Source: Macrostomum hystrix (lineage: Eukaryota; Animalia; Platyhelminthes). Taken from it: a stretch of DNA of 64,000 nt. The stretch's first letter is position 1. Each line of letters opens with the position of its first letter. The position numbers were made by a program, and so were the translations under genes. The DNA lies in NCBI GenBank assembly GCA_950097015.1, contig CATNEN010000005.1, positions 682,001-746,000 of the forward strand, written 5' to 3'. Shown here in pieces: positions 31,401 to 44,600 of the stretch. The notes beneath the pieces were generated by a model. It worked only from the letters and a program-made list of their open reading frames with translations. It did not search any database and was not told the origin of the DNA.

Positions 31401-34400
31401 AGACGAATAATTTAGTCGATAATTTGTCGCGCAATTAATGCTTTCTTCTCAATTTTTGTTTTCTGCATCTATCGCATCACTACTAACCAGCATTCCCTCT
31501 CTCTCATATTCCATCTCTCTCACATTCCCTCTCTCTCATATTCCCCCTCTCTCATATTCCCTCTCTCTCATATTCCCTCTCTCTCACATTCCCTCTCTCT
31601 CATATTCCCCCTCTCTCATATTCCCTATCTCTCATATTCCCTCTCTCTCACATTCCCTCTCTCTCATATTCCCTCTCTCTCATATTCCCTCTCTCTCATA
31701 GTCCCTCTCTCTCACATTCGCTCTCTCTCACATTCCCTCTCTCTCATAGTCCCTCTCTCTCACATTCCCTCTCTCTCACATTCCCTCTCTCTCGCATTCC
31801 CTCTCTCTCACATTCCCTCTCTCTCGCATTCCCTCTCTCTCACATTCCCTCTCTCTCACATTCCCTCTCTCTCACATTCCCTCTCTCTCATATTCCCCCT
31901 CTCTCATAGTCCCTCTCTCTCATATTCCATCTCTCTCACATTCCCTCTCTCTCATATTCCCCCTCTCTCATATTCCCTCTCTCTCATAGTCCCTCTCTCT
32001 CATATTCCCCCTCTCTCATAGTCCCTCTCTCTCATATTCCATCTCTCTCACATTCCCTCTCTCTCACATTCCCTCTCTCTCACATTCCCTCTCTCTCATA
32101 TTCCCTCTCTCTCATAGTCCCTCTCTCTCACATTCCCTCTCTCTCACATTCCCTCTCTCTCACATTCCCTCTCTCTCACATTCCCTCTCTCTCGCATTCC
32201 CTCTCTCTCACATTCCCTCTCTCTCACATTCCCTCTCTCTCGCATTCCCTCTCTCTCACATTCCCTCTCTCTCGCATTCCCTCTCTCTCACATTCCCTCT
32301 CTCTCACATTCCCTCTCTCTCACATTCCCTCTCTCTCACATTCCCTCTCTCTCACATTCCCTCTCTCTCACATTCCCTCTCTCTCACATTCCCTCTCTCT
32401 CATATTCCCCCTCTCTCATAGTCCCTCTCTCTCATATTCCATCTCTCTCACATTCCCTCTCTCTCATATTCCCCCTCTCTCATATTCCCTCTCTCTCATA
32501 TTCCCTCTCTCTCACATTCCCTCTCTCTCATATTCCCCCTCTCTCATATTCCCTATCTCTCATATTCCCTCTCTCTCACATTCCCTCTCTCTCATATTCC
32601 CTCTCTCTCATAGTCCCTCTCTCTCACATTCCCTCTCTCTCACATTCCCTCTCTCTCACATTCCCTCTCTCTCGCATTCCCTCTCTCTCACATTCCCTCT
32701 CTCTCGCATTCCCTCTCTCTCACATTCCCTCTCTCTCACATTCCCTCTCTCTCACATTCCCTCTCTCTCATATTCCCCCTCTCTCATAGTCCCTCTCTCT
32801 CATAGTCCCTCTCTCTCACATTCCCTCTCTCTCACATTCCCTCTCTCTCACATTCCCTCTCTCTCGCATTCCCTCTCTCTCACATTCCCTCTCTCTCGCA
32901 TTCCCTCTCTCTCACATTCCCTCTCTCTCGCATTCCCTCTCTCTCACATTCCCTCTCTCTCACATTCCCTCTCTCTCATATTCCCCCTCTCTCATAGTCC
33001 CTCTCTCTCATATTCCATCTCTCTCACATTCCCTCTCTCTCATATTCCCCCTCTCTCATATTCCCTCTCTCTCATATTCCCTCTCTCTCACATTCCCTCT
33101 CTCTCATATTCCCCCTCTCTCATATTCCCTATCTCTCATATTCCCTCTCTCTCACATTCCCTCTCTCTCATATTCCCTCTCTCTCATAGTCCCTCTCTCT
33201 CACATTCCCTCTCTCTCACATTCCCTCTCTCTCGCATTCCCTCTCTCTCACATTCCCTCTCTCTCGCATTCCCTCTCTCTCACATTCCCTCTCTCTCACA
33301 TTCCCTCTCTCTCGCATTCCCTCTCTCTCACATTCCCTCTCTCTCGCATTCCCTCTCTCTCACATTCCCTCTCTCTCACATTCCCTCTCTCTCACATTCC
33401 CTCTCTCTCATATTCCCCCTCTCTCATAGTCCCTCTCTCCCACATTCCCTCTCTCTCACATTCCCTCTCTCTCGCATTCCCTCTCTCTCACATTCCCTCT
33501 CTCTCACATTCCCTCTCTCTCGCATTCCCTCTCTCTCACATTCCCTCTCTCTCGCATTCCGTCTCTCTCACATTCCCTCTCTCTCGCATTCCCTCTCTCT
33601 CACATTCCCTCTCTCTCATATTCCCTCTCTCTCACATTCCCTCTCTCTCATATTCCCCCTCTCTCATATTCCCTATCTCTCATATTCCCTCTCTCTCACA
33701 TTCCCTCCCTCTCACATTCCCTCTCTCTCACATTCCCTCTCTCTCACATTCCCTCTCTCTCACATTCCCTCTCTCTCGCATTCCCTCTCTCTCACATTCC
33801 CTCTCTCTCACATTCCCTCTCTCTCACATTCCCTCTCTCTCGCATTCCCTCTCTCTCACATTCCCTCTCTCTCACATTCCCTCTCTCTCACATTCCCTCT
33901 CTCTCACATTCCCTCTCTCTCGCATTCCCTCTCTCTCACATTCCCTCTCTCTCACATTCCCTCTCTCTCACATTCCCTCTCTCTCGCATTCCCTCTCTCT
34001 CACATTCCCTCTCTCTCACATTCCCTCTCTCTCACATTCCCTCTCTCTCCCATTCCCTCTCTCTCCCATTCCTTCTCTCTCGCATTCCCTCTCTTTCAAT
34101 TTTTTTCTCTTACATTCCCTCCCTCTCTCTGCCATTATCTCCCTCTCACATTTTATCCCTCTCTCCTATCCCTTATCTCCTTCTCTCCTCAACCTTTATT
34201 CTCTCTCTACTTTTCTCCTCTCCCAAAAATCTAACTCGCAGCATCTTCAATCCTCCATTATAAGATTTTAATGCTAAAGATGCTTACAAGCTGCCTGTCA
34301 TATTCACAGTAAGCCATGCAATGCATTTAGCAAATAAAGGAAGCCAAATTGTCAGATGCGAAAGCCAATATTCAGTCTGTCCAACACTCAGTGCGGATGG

Positions 34401-37400
34401 AATGAATCCCTACAGTAATATGGACAGCAGTAGCCTAGCAATGTCAGCTGATTGTATCTTTGTATGCAAACGTTGAAAACAGGCTTTCATTCATCCTCAA
34501 AATTATCCCGCGCAGAACTGCCTGCCCATTGTGGTGCACCAGATCCACTTTCTTAATGAGTCCTGGCTGGTGACGGCTGCTGTGCGGCTCTGCAGGCCCT
34601 TCAACTCACTGGCTGGAAAGGTGAGGCGAGAAAACGGGATATGGGAGAAAAGAAAAACTGAGGAGGGGAGAAAAGAAAAAACAGAATATGGGAGAAAAGA
34701 AGAACGGAGGAGGGGAGAAGAACGGAGGAGGGGAGCAGAACGGAGGAGGGGAGCAGAACGGAGGAGGGGAGCAGAACGGAGGAGGGGAGCAGAACGGAGG
34801 AGGGAAGAAGAACGGAGGAGGGGAGCAGAACGGAGGAGGGGAGCAGAACGGAGGAGGGAAGAAGAACGGAGGAGGGAAGAAGAACGGAGGAGGGAAGAAG
34901 AACGGAGGAGGGAAGAAGAACGGAGGAGGGGAGCAGAACGGAGGAGGGGAGCAGAACGGAGGAGGGGAGCAGAACGGAGGAGGGGAGCAGAACGGAGGAG
35001 GGGAGAAGAACGGAGGAGGGGAGAAGAACGGAGGAGGGGAGAAGAACGGAGGAGGGGAGAAGAACGGAGGAGGGAAGAAGAACGGAGGAGGGAAGAAGAA
35101 CGGAGGAGGGAAGAAGAACGGAGGAGGGGAGAAGAACGGAGGAGGGGAGCAGAACGGAGGAGGGGAGCAGAACGGAGGAGGGGAGCAGAACGGAGGAGGG
35201 GAGAAGAACGGAGGAGGGGAGAAGAACGGAGGAGGGGAGAAGAACGGAGGAGGAGAGAAGAACGGAGGAGGGAAGAAGAACGGAGGAGGGGAGCAGAACG
35301 GAGGAGGGAAGAAGAACGGAGGAGGGGAGCAGAACGGAGGAGGGAAGAAGAACGGAGGAGGGGAGAAGAACGGAGGAGGGGAGAAAAGAAGAACGGAAGA
35401 GGGGAGAAAAGAAGAACGGAAGAGGGGAGAAAAGAAGAACGGAAGAGGGGAGAAAAGAAGAACGGAAGAGGGGAGAAAAGAAGAACGGAAGATGGGAGAA
35501 AAGAAGAACGGAAGAGAGGAGAAAAGAAAAAACGGAAGAGGGGAGAAAAGAAGAACGGAAGAGAGGAGAAAAGAAGAACGGAAGAGGGGAGAAAAGAAGA
35601 ACGGAAGAGAGGAGAAAAGAAGAACGGAAGAGAGGAGAAAAGAAGAACGGAAGAGAGGAGAAAAGAAGAACGGAAGAGAGGAGAAAAGAAGAACGGAAGA
35701 GGGGAGAAAAGAAGAACGGAAGAGGGGAGAAAAGAAGAACGGAAGAGAGGAGAAAAGAAGAACGGAAGAGGGGAGAAAAGAAGAACGGAGGAGGGGAGAA
35801 AAGAAGAGCGGAAGAGAGGAGAAAAGAAGAATGGAAGAGAGGAGAAAAGAAGAACGGAAGAGAGGAGAAAAGAAGAACGGAAGAGGGGAGAAAAGAAGAA
35901 CGGAAGAGGGGAGAAAAGAAGAACGGAAGAGAGGAGAAAAGAAGAACGGAAGAGGGGAGAAAAGAAGAACGGAAGAGAGGAGAAAAGAAGAACGGAAGAG
36001 GGGAGAAAAGAAGAACGGAAGAGAGGAGAAAAGAAGAACGGAAGAGGGGAGAAAAGAAGAACGGAAGAGAGGAGAAAAGAAGAACGGAAGAGAGGAGAAA
36101 AGAAGAACGGAAGAGGGGAGAAAAGAAGAACGGAGGAGGGGAGAAAAGAAGAACGGAAAAGGGGAGAAAAAAAGAACGGAAGAGGGGAGAAAAGAAGAAA
36201 TTGAGGAGGGGAGAAAAGACGAACGGAAGAGGGGAGAAAAGACGAATGGAAGAGAGGAGAAAAGAAGAACGGAAGAGAGGAGAAAAGAAGAACGGAAGAG
36301 GGGAGAAAAGAAGAACGGAAGAGAGGAGAAAAGAAAAACGGAAGAGAGGAGAAAAGAAGAACGGAAGAGGGGAGAAAAGAAGAACGGAAGAGGGGAGAAA
36401 AGAAGAACGGAAGAGAGGAGAAAAGAAGAACGGAAGAGGGGAGAAAAGAAGAACGGAAGAGAGGAGAAAAGAAGAACGGAAGAGAGGAGAAAAGAAGAAC
36501 GGAAGAGGGGAGAAAAGAAGAACGGAAGAGAGGAGAAAAGAAGAACGGAAGAGGGGAGAAAAGAAGAACGGAGGAGGGGAGAAAAGACGAACGGAAGAGG
36601 GGAGAAAAGACGAACGGAAGAGGGGAGAAAAGAAGAACGGAAGAGAGGAGAAAAGAAGAACGGAAGAGGGGAGAAAAGAAGAACGGAGGAGGGGAGAAAA
36701 GACGAACGGAAGAGGGGAGAAAAGACGAACGGAAGAGGGGAGAAAAGAAGAACGGAAGAGGGGAGAAAAGAAGAACGGAAGAGGGGAGAAAAGCCGAACG
36801 GAGGAGGAAGGGGAGAGTTAAGCAGAGAAGAGGAAAGAAAGAGCCTAATATAAAGTAAAAAAAATAAAAGGAAAATAAAAAACCAGTAAAAAATAGAGAC
36901 ACGCAAGCATCTCAGATCTAAGAGGAAAGAAATACATTTCTAGAAAGTTCTACGATAAAATATCTGCAGAGACTGAGTTATGGATACTAATAAAAAAACG
37001 GTGTAGACAAATGACTGTGAACGGTGTAAACTCTAAAGGTACTTGACACTGTGACCCTCACCTAAGTGTGACAATGCAACTGTAACAAAAGGATTGCAAA
37101 TTTTAAACTGTACGTTTGCGCATGAATTATTTGTACTTTTATAGATGCAAACACAGGCTTCAATATTCGTTAGCAGCCTAATATTTGCTCACGGTAAACC
37201 AAAAAAATGGCTCACACTTAACTGTCTAACTTGGCTTTATCTACAGGCTTAGAAGCTAACAGAACAGCACTGAACAGAATGCAGTTACAGAATAGTCTAT
37301 CACTCTTATCCTAGTCTGTCACTCTCATCCTAGTCTGTCACTCTCATCCTAGTCTGTCACTCTCATCCTATTCTGTCACTCTTATCCTATTCTGTCACTC

Positions 37401-39748
37401 TCATCCTATTCTGTCACTCTCATCCTAGTCTGTCACTCTCATCCTAGTCTGTCACTCTCATCCTAGTCTGTCACTCTCATCCTAGTCTGTCACTCTCATC
37501 CTATTCTGTCACTCTTATCCTATTCTGTCACTCTCATCCTAGTCTGTCACTCTCATCCTAGTCTGTCACTCCCATCCTATTCTGTCACTCTTATCCTATT
37601 CTGTCACTCTTATCCTAGTCTGTCACTCTTATCCTATTCTGTCACTCTCATCCTATTCTGTCACTCTCATCCTAGTCTGTCACTCTCATCCTAGTCTATC
37701 ACTCTTATCCTAGTCTGTCACTCTCATCCTATTCTGTCACTCTCATCCTAGTCTGTCACTCTCATCCTAGTCTGTCACTCCCATCCTATTCTGTCACTCT
37801 TATCCTATTCTGTCACTCTTATCCTAGTCTGTCACTCTTATCCTATTCTGTCACTCTCATCCTAGTCTGTCACTCTCATCCTAGTCTGTCACTCTCATCC
37901 TTGTCTATCACTCTTATCCTAGTCTGTCACTCTCATCCTAGTCTGTCACTCTCATCCTAGTCTGTCACTCTCATCCTATTCTGTCACTCTTATCCTATTC
38001 TGTCACTCTCATCCTAGTCTGTCACTCTCATCCTAGTCTGTCACTCCCATCCTATTCTGTCACTCTTATCCTATTCTGTCACTCTTATCCTAGTCTGTCA
38101 CTCTTATCCTATTCTATCACTCTTATCCTATTCTGTCACTCTCATCCTAGTCTGTCACTCTCATCCTATTCTGTCACTCTTATCCTATTCTGTCACTCTC
38201 ATCCTAGTCTGTCACTCTCATCCTAGTCTGTCACTCCCATCCTATTCTGTCACTCTTATCCTATTCTGTCACTCTCATCCTAGTCTGTCACTCTTATCCT
38301 ATTCTATCACTCTTATCCTAGTCTGTCACTCTCATCCTAGTCTGTCACTCTCATCCTATTCTGTCACTCTTATCCTATTCTGTCACTCTCATCCTAGTCT
38401 GTCACTCTCATCCTAGTCTGTCACTCCCATCCTATTCTGTCACTCTTATCCTATTCTGTCACTCTTATCCTAGTCTGTCACTCTTATCCTATTCTATCAC
38501 TCTTATCCTAGTCTGTCACTCTCATCCTATTCTGTCACTCTCATCCTATTCTGTCACTCTTATCCTATTCTGTCACTCTCATCCTAGTCTGTCACTCTCA
38601 TCCTAGTCTGTCACTCCCATCCTATTCTGTCACTCTTATCCTATTCTGTCACTCTCATCCTAGTCTGTCACTCTTATCCTATTCTATCACTCTTATCCTA
38701 GTCTGTCACTCTCATCCTAGTCTGTCACTCTCATCCTATTCTGTCACTCTTATCCTATTCTGTCACTCTCATCCTAGTCTGTCACCCTCATCCTATTCTG
38801 TCACTTTTGTCCTGTTATATCGCTCTTATCCTACTCTGTTACTCTCATCCCATTCTGTCCGTCACTCTCATCCTAGTCTGTCACTGAATTCTGAAACACA
38901 AACCAATTAAAAAGGCCTCGAATCACCCGCAGGTGATTCTTCACGGCCGCAGCTGGTCCAGTCTCCACAGCCACCTGTCACCAAATCTGCTGCCGTCGGA
39001 TCTGGGCGGCCAACTGCCGCCACACGACACCAGACCCTGGCTGGCACAGATGACTGGCGCCGCCGCGTCCGCATTCAGTAGCTTCGAATTCGACGACTCA
39101 ACAATTGATTCGCCTGGTCAGCTGGCCGCGTTTGGCGATGAGCACATCTTTTGGCCGGTTGATAGGGAGTACAAAAGCTTCAGGTAAGCCTGCGGTTTCT
39201 CACGCCAATTTATCCCTCTATAATTTGATCTTACTCTTGCATATATTTTGTCCCTGTCTTCTCCACTCCTGTCGCCTTCCCTGCCTTTTCTCCCATGACG
39301 CTCGTCTCTTCTCTCTTGTCTCTTCTCTGCCGTCTCTTCTTCCCGTCTCTTCTCTCTCCGTCTCTTCTCCTTGCCTCTTCTCTCCCCGTCTCTTCTCTCC
39401 TCGCCTATTCTCTCCCCATCTCTTCTCCCTCGTCTTTTCTCCCTGTATTTTTTCTCCCCTCTCTCCCCCGCCTCTTCTCCCCCATTTCTTCTCCCGTGTC
39501 TTCTCCACTATTTTTTCTTCCCAGTCTAGCTCTTTTACCTGGTCCTCCAGTCTTAGTTCTATAGTCCTACAAAATCGCTTCTTAATGTCCGCAGCAAATC
39601 GGTCTCCATGCCAGCTGGTATCATTAGTGACAGCAGTTATCGGGTGGCTCTGGATGAGCAGTTGTTTCTAAAAGAGTCCGATGATGAGCAAACGGCTGAG
39701 AGTGGCATTGGCAGATCAGTTCGCAGCTATTCCGAATGGTTCCAATGA
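28485..39748 (+). CDS. Clavesin-like CRAL-TRIO (Sec14/alpha-TTP family) lipid-binding protein, ~360 aa; join(28485..28623,29605..30038,34516..34620,38933..39183,39595..39748)
   Basis: RTDPAFLIRFLRARRFD (CRAL-TRIO N), DPGVVSALRDGLPSVLEARDH, GAVLVIDWDGFS, IHFLNESW, ILHG...LLPSDLGGQLPP. Phases are compatible and total 1083 nt. Exon 1 relies on a weak GTTGAG donor and is the least certain. Confidence 0.85.
28692..29415. repeat. (GAGAGGTA / GAGAGTGA)n purine array in CRAL-TRIO intron 1
   Basis: Visible tandem units. Confidence 0.93.
30039..30500. repeat. ~26-bp minisatellite (CTCTGCGTGTCTACCGTCTCTCTCTA) starting at intron 2 position +1
   Basis: The donor GTGCGTGTCTACCG is itself the first unit. 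Confidence 0.93.
30500..30780. repeat. (ATTCT/ATTCC)n pentanucleotide microsatellite
   Basis: Visible. Confidence 0.9.
31490..34100. repeat. 2.6-kb 16-bp pyrimidine minisatellite (TTCCCTCTCTCTCACA) in CRAL-TRIO intron 2
   Basis: Visible tandem units. Confidence 0.96.
34700..36830. repeat. Bipartite purine array: 18-bp (GAACGGAGGAGGGGAGCA) to ~35385, then 23-bp (GAAGAACGGAAGAGGGGAGAAAA), CRAL-TRIO intron 3
   Basis: Visible; the 18-bp part gives the RRRGAE/NGGGEQ pseudo-ORFs. Confidence 0.96.
37295..38885. repeat. 19-bp minisatellite (CACTCTCATCCTAGTCTGT), ~1.6 kb, CRAL-TRIO intron 3
   Basis: Visible tandem units. Confidence 0.96.
39255..39520. repeat. Degenerate CT-rich tract (TTCTCTCCCGTCTC-like) in CRAL-TRIO intron 4
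   Basis: Visible low-complexity pyrimidine tract. Confidence 0.75.
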
Positions 39749-41683
39749 CGACAGTATATATAAAAGATCGTACAATGGACAGACAATTTCATTAAGTAAA
39801 AATCTTTATGATATGATCCGACCAGACTGTTACTCGCTATAAAATTTTACTCTATCTGTTCAACAGCAACGCCACGAAATTATATTAGTCGCGCTATTTT
39901 TGCTATGTTCCAACCCTTTTAGTACAAAAACATGCTTTGTAATTTAAATAAATTGTTTAGATAACTTAACTATTTATACATAGTGTCAGGCAGCTCTTGT
40001 GTGTCGCAATATGTACTTGAAAAAAACTAGCTCTCAATGCCATGGGGAAGATTTGATAATTCATGAAGAATTTGCATTGCTCCATCTGCACGCAAATATC
40101 ATGTGTTCGTTGAGAAAATAAAATAAAAGTCTACAACATTTTATAACAATTAAAGGACTACTAAAGCTTACAAGGGTCCTTGTTTTACAAAACAAAGTAA
40201 AATATATAGTTCGGCAGTATCCGTAGAAGTTTTGCATGTCTTGTAAATGCTAATACAGGAAAAAGTACAAGCACGTGTCTATTGTGAAAAAAAATTATGT
40301 TAAATCACGTGTTATCGCACCTATCGAGAAAGATTTCAACAGAACTTTTAAATATATATATATGAGATGCCCATAAGCAGATGGCTTTAGCAAACAGCCT
40401 ACTTACGAAAGAACTATACACAATAGTAATAAAGTCACAGGAAAAAGGGACAATGAAACTACGTGCTGGAAGAACTGAATTTTCCACAGAAAAATCGTGT
40501 TTCATATTTCATGCGCATTTGGTTAGAGGCATTCTATATCAATATATATTCTATTCTATATCGCACATTAAGATGAATTCCTTCAAAAAATGTGACACAA
40601 CCATTCTGTTTGCAGATTTCAGCAATGTGGTAACACAATAGATGTATAATAACTTTCACCAGAGTTTTTGCACTTCGTTTTGCACGCAACAATAAACTTC
40701 AGAGGAAATGAATACATTTTGTTCAGTGTTTTGGTTCTAAAATTAACTTTCTGAATAATATTTTAAGCATAACGCAGTATTTATAATAGACTGTTGATCT
40801 TACTTTTTTCTTTTGTTTAAACGATTAAAGACAAGGATGTACAATAGAAACCGACGAAATAAAAAAGGGCTATTTCACGTGAGAATTTTTTCAAATTTAT
40901 TACAGCGAGCATCCGCATAGGTTCTTTCGGCATTCTGCTGTTACAAATAATTTATATAAAGTAATAGAGCATAGAATTTTCTGTCAGCGGCAACAGCTAT
41001 TGTGTTATTCTTCTTTTTACTCGTGGTAAGTTATTGATAGTAAATTTCTGTTTCTGTATTATTTATGAACTACTGAAGAACTAAGCGAAAACGATCTAAA
41101 GAAGCTAATAATTAAAGTCCTAAGTAATAATAAATAGTAATAATAATAAGTAATAAAAGTAATAATAAAATTAAAGGAGGGGCTAGGACTAAGTCCTAAT
41201 AAAAAATTACTCTATTCTGATTTAATTGCAAATGAAATTGATCGAACACGCCAGTTTTACTTTACCTTTGCATTACTTTCTATAGAAAACTTTCGCTGTT
41301 AACTAGTTTATTTAGTACACTGAACATATAAATACTAAATAGTGGTAGGATGTCAAAAATGTTATATGCATTATTTATTTTTAAATGAAATCTTACATGA
41401 AACTTAAGAAGCATTTTAGACATGCTATGTAGCTGTTATAATCTATAATTTTTTGCACTGTCAAACAATACTCCAAAAACATGTGCAATAAATCGAAAAT
41501 CCATAAAAGGAATTATATTCTTGATGTAAAATATTTCATTTTGTATAAAATATTGACATCATTTTTCTGTTTTATTTACTTATTAACTTTAAGAAAAAAT
41601 ATAAAGATCAAATTAGTCCAATCATATAAACTGAATTATCCTATGAAACTTACAGACACTCTAAAGAGACAACTAAAGCACTA

Positions 41684-44600
41684 ATGTCATCATCAGCTAC
41701 CATTCAAGTGAGCCATTCCAACGATGGTTCACTAAGGATTGACCTTACTATACACAGCACTGGCGGCCAGTCTCATATGCTCACAATGCAACAGGGTGGT
41801 GCAGTTAGACAGCAGTACCAGATACAGCAGCCGCAGCCATTGCAGCAACAGATGCATCGTCATCAGTACCAGCTGCAGCCGCCGCGTTACCAGCAGCAAC
41901 CTCAGCAACAGAGACAGCCACAGCAGGGACCAATTAGTGCAGCCTCTCAAATTGAAAGCCTAAGCCGCAGTATGAGAAACCTGATAGTCGATGAGGACAT
42001 CAGGAGTCCGACCAGCATCAGCAGCAAGTCAAGCCGCCTACTGCAGAGTCTGGAGTCACCGCCGCCTAAGTTGAACTATGCCAACCGGCAGAGAAAACTC
42101 CGGGCAGCTCAGGCTTCCGCGTCCATCTCAAAACCGCAGGTGAGTTGAGATTTACTACAATAAGAATTGCAGAAGGGCTGCGGGCAATGATACTTCATTT
42201 GGTGACACTGGACCCGCAGCAAGCGAGGTGCTTTTGCCCATTCCGCTGACTCCTGAGCACACAAGCACACAGATAGGGTACGCAGACACACGCTCAGACA
42301 GGTGTGAACATCTGCCCTGACTTTCTCATCGTCAGGCAGTGTACACCCTCACTGTGCCTTTCAAATTGGCCCCAAAGATCGTAAATTGCACGACAAGCCT
42401 CCAAGCCTTCTTTCCGCGTTTGCGCCCTAAACGGATGTGGCCTCGCCGCGGAATCGAGCTTGCAGCTCTTGCAGCAACGCATAAGACGCTCTGCCACTGA
42501 CCGCCTTTGAGCTTTCCTAGCTTAACGAATCAACTCATGCATGCTGATTAGATAACGAGGCATACGTATTGAAAATAAAGACATAGTTACTCTAGCCGTT
42601 TACCCGTTGGCTTCTATGCAGGTGATCGGCATTCCGGATGTGCCTGAATATCCCGACGACGATGCCACATTTTCTCAAATACTCTCCGAACCTCAGCTAG
42701 TCAACCGCGCAGAGGGAGGCGCAGTTGGCGAGTCTTCTAGTAGCAATCGCCGCAACAGCGGCCAGCAGCTGCTGGCCAAGGCTCCACAGAAGGCCCTGAT
42801 GACTGGCTCCGGATCCGAGAAGCTGGCCCGCAGCGGCATCGACGGTGAAGACGACGCCGATGACATTCTCCGAGAGATGGAAGATGCTGGCTTCGATCGA
42901 AGACGCAAACGTCAGCCCAGCTCGACGACCACAAACGCCTCTGCCGGATCGCCGTATCAGTCGAACGCGTCCAATTCTCCGATGGCATTCTCTGACCACA
43001 CCGGCGTGCCGACGCCTTTGGGCGCTGACGATTGCCAGCAGCTTTTTGAACAGCTAATAAATACGCCACCGATCACGTTAGTGAATATTGAAGGATATTC
43101 TTTGTAATAAGTACGCTCAAAAATTCAAAGATGGACAAGTTAGCAAGAGAACTAGATGTACAGTTAATGACACAGGCGAAGCTATTGCCCGGCGCATTCA
43201 AAAACTGTGTACAGCGTTTCAGTCCATGGACTGCATCGTCTCCTTTCTGCCGTCTCTTGTCCTCCGTCTCCTTTCCTCCGTCTCTTGTCCTCCGTCTCTT
43301 GTCCTCCGTCTCCTGTCCCCCGTCTCTTGTCCTCCGTCTCCTATCCTCCGTCTCTTGTCCCCCGTCTCTTGTCCTCCGTCTCCTGTCCCCCGTCTCTTGT
43401 CCTCCGTCTCCTATCCTCCGTCTCTTGTCTTCCGTCTCTTGTCCCCCGTCTCTTGTCCCCCGTCTCTTGTCCTCCGTCTCCTGTCCCCCGTCTCTTGTCC
43501 TCCGTCTCCTATCCTCCGTCTCTTGTCCCCCGTCTCTTGTCCTCCGTCTCCTGTCCCCCGTCTCTTGTCCTCCGTCTCCTATCCTCCGTCTCTTGTCTTC
43601 CGTCTCTTGTCCCCCGTCTCTTGTCCTCTGTCTCCTGTCTTCCGTCTCTTGTCTCCTGCTGCTTAAGGCGCCTAAATTTCTGCCCAGCAACTATTTCTAA
43701 AACAAATTTTACAGCTAGCTGGGCTGAAAAGCAGTGGCCAAAGGACTCAAATGATATTCAAAATTCGAACTCTCGACTTTTATGTTAGGAGACTGAAGCT
43801 CTTCCAACACCAAGTATTTTTCTATCGCAAATTTTTTGCTAATTAGTTTTTCAAATCTACCCAAAAAACAATCAGATTTCGATTGGACAATGACGATTAT
43901 CAGCACCATCAGCCGTCGGAGATACCGCACGCTGCAGCCGCCGCCACCGCTGCTGCTGCTTCTGCTGCTGTTGCTGTCGGCGTCGAAAAACGCAAACGTG
44001 GCCGACCCAAGAAGGAGGACAGTCAGACACCTGTTCGCCAATCATCTCCAGAGATATCTGAGCCGGGCCTTAAGCTGCTGCTACCAGTGCAGCATAAGAA
44101 TCAGAATCAGAATCAGAAGCAGCAGCAGCAGCAGAAGTCCAAGCTTCAACTGAAGCGTCAAGAAGCGAGAGCTGTTAAATTTAATGTCGCTGATATTTCC
44201 GGATATCTGTGTGACTCAACTTCCCCAATCGACTTCATTCCAAGTAAGCAGTCAAGGCGCCCAATTCGGCTGATTAAACTACAATTTGTATAAATCTAAT
44301 GACTTTTAATTCCTACCTCATTCAGGTGAAGAGCTACAAGATGCATCTAAAATTATTTCTAAACTCGATGACGGCGACCTGACGACTCCAGACGAATTCG
44401 GCGATCTGTAAGTGTTAATCTATCAAATATACACCATTTTCAATGCATGCAACCTGCACTATCTACCGCTAACTGTCTTGTCAATCAACTGTCTGTAATG
44501 CTGTCAATCAACTGTTTGCAATCCTGTCTGTTGTGGCTGCTAGCCAAATAAGCGAGGCGAGGCCAAGTCCAGTTAACCAAGGGTGAGGGTGCTCTCTCGC

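Noticed and set aside
16120-36906. Very long ORFs in the track (16120-17356, 21905-25449, 28781-29518, 30043-30880, 34503-36906)
   Set aside because: All coincide with tandem arrays that lack stop codons; the translations are pure unit repeats on several frames and both strands.
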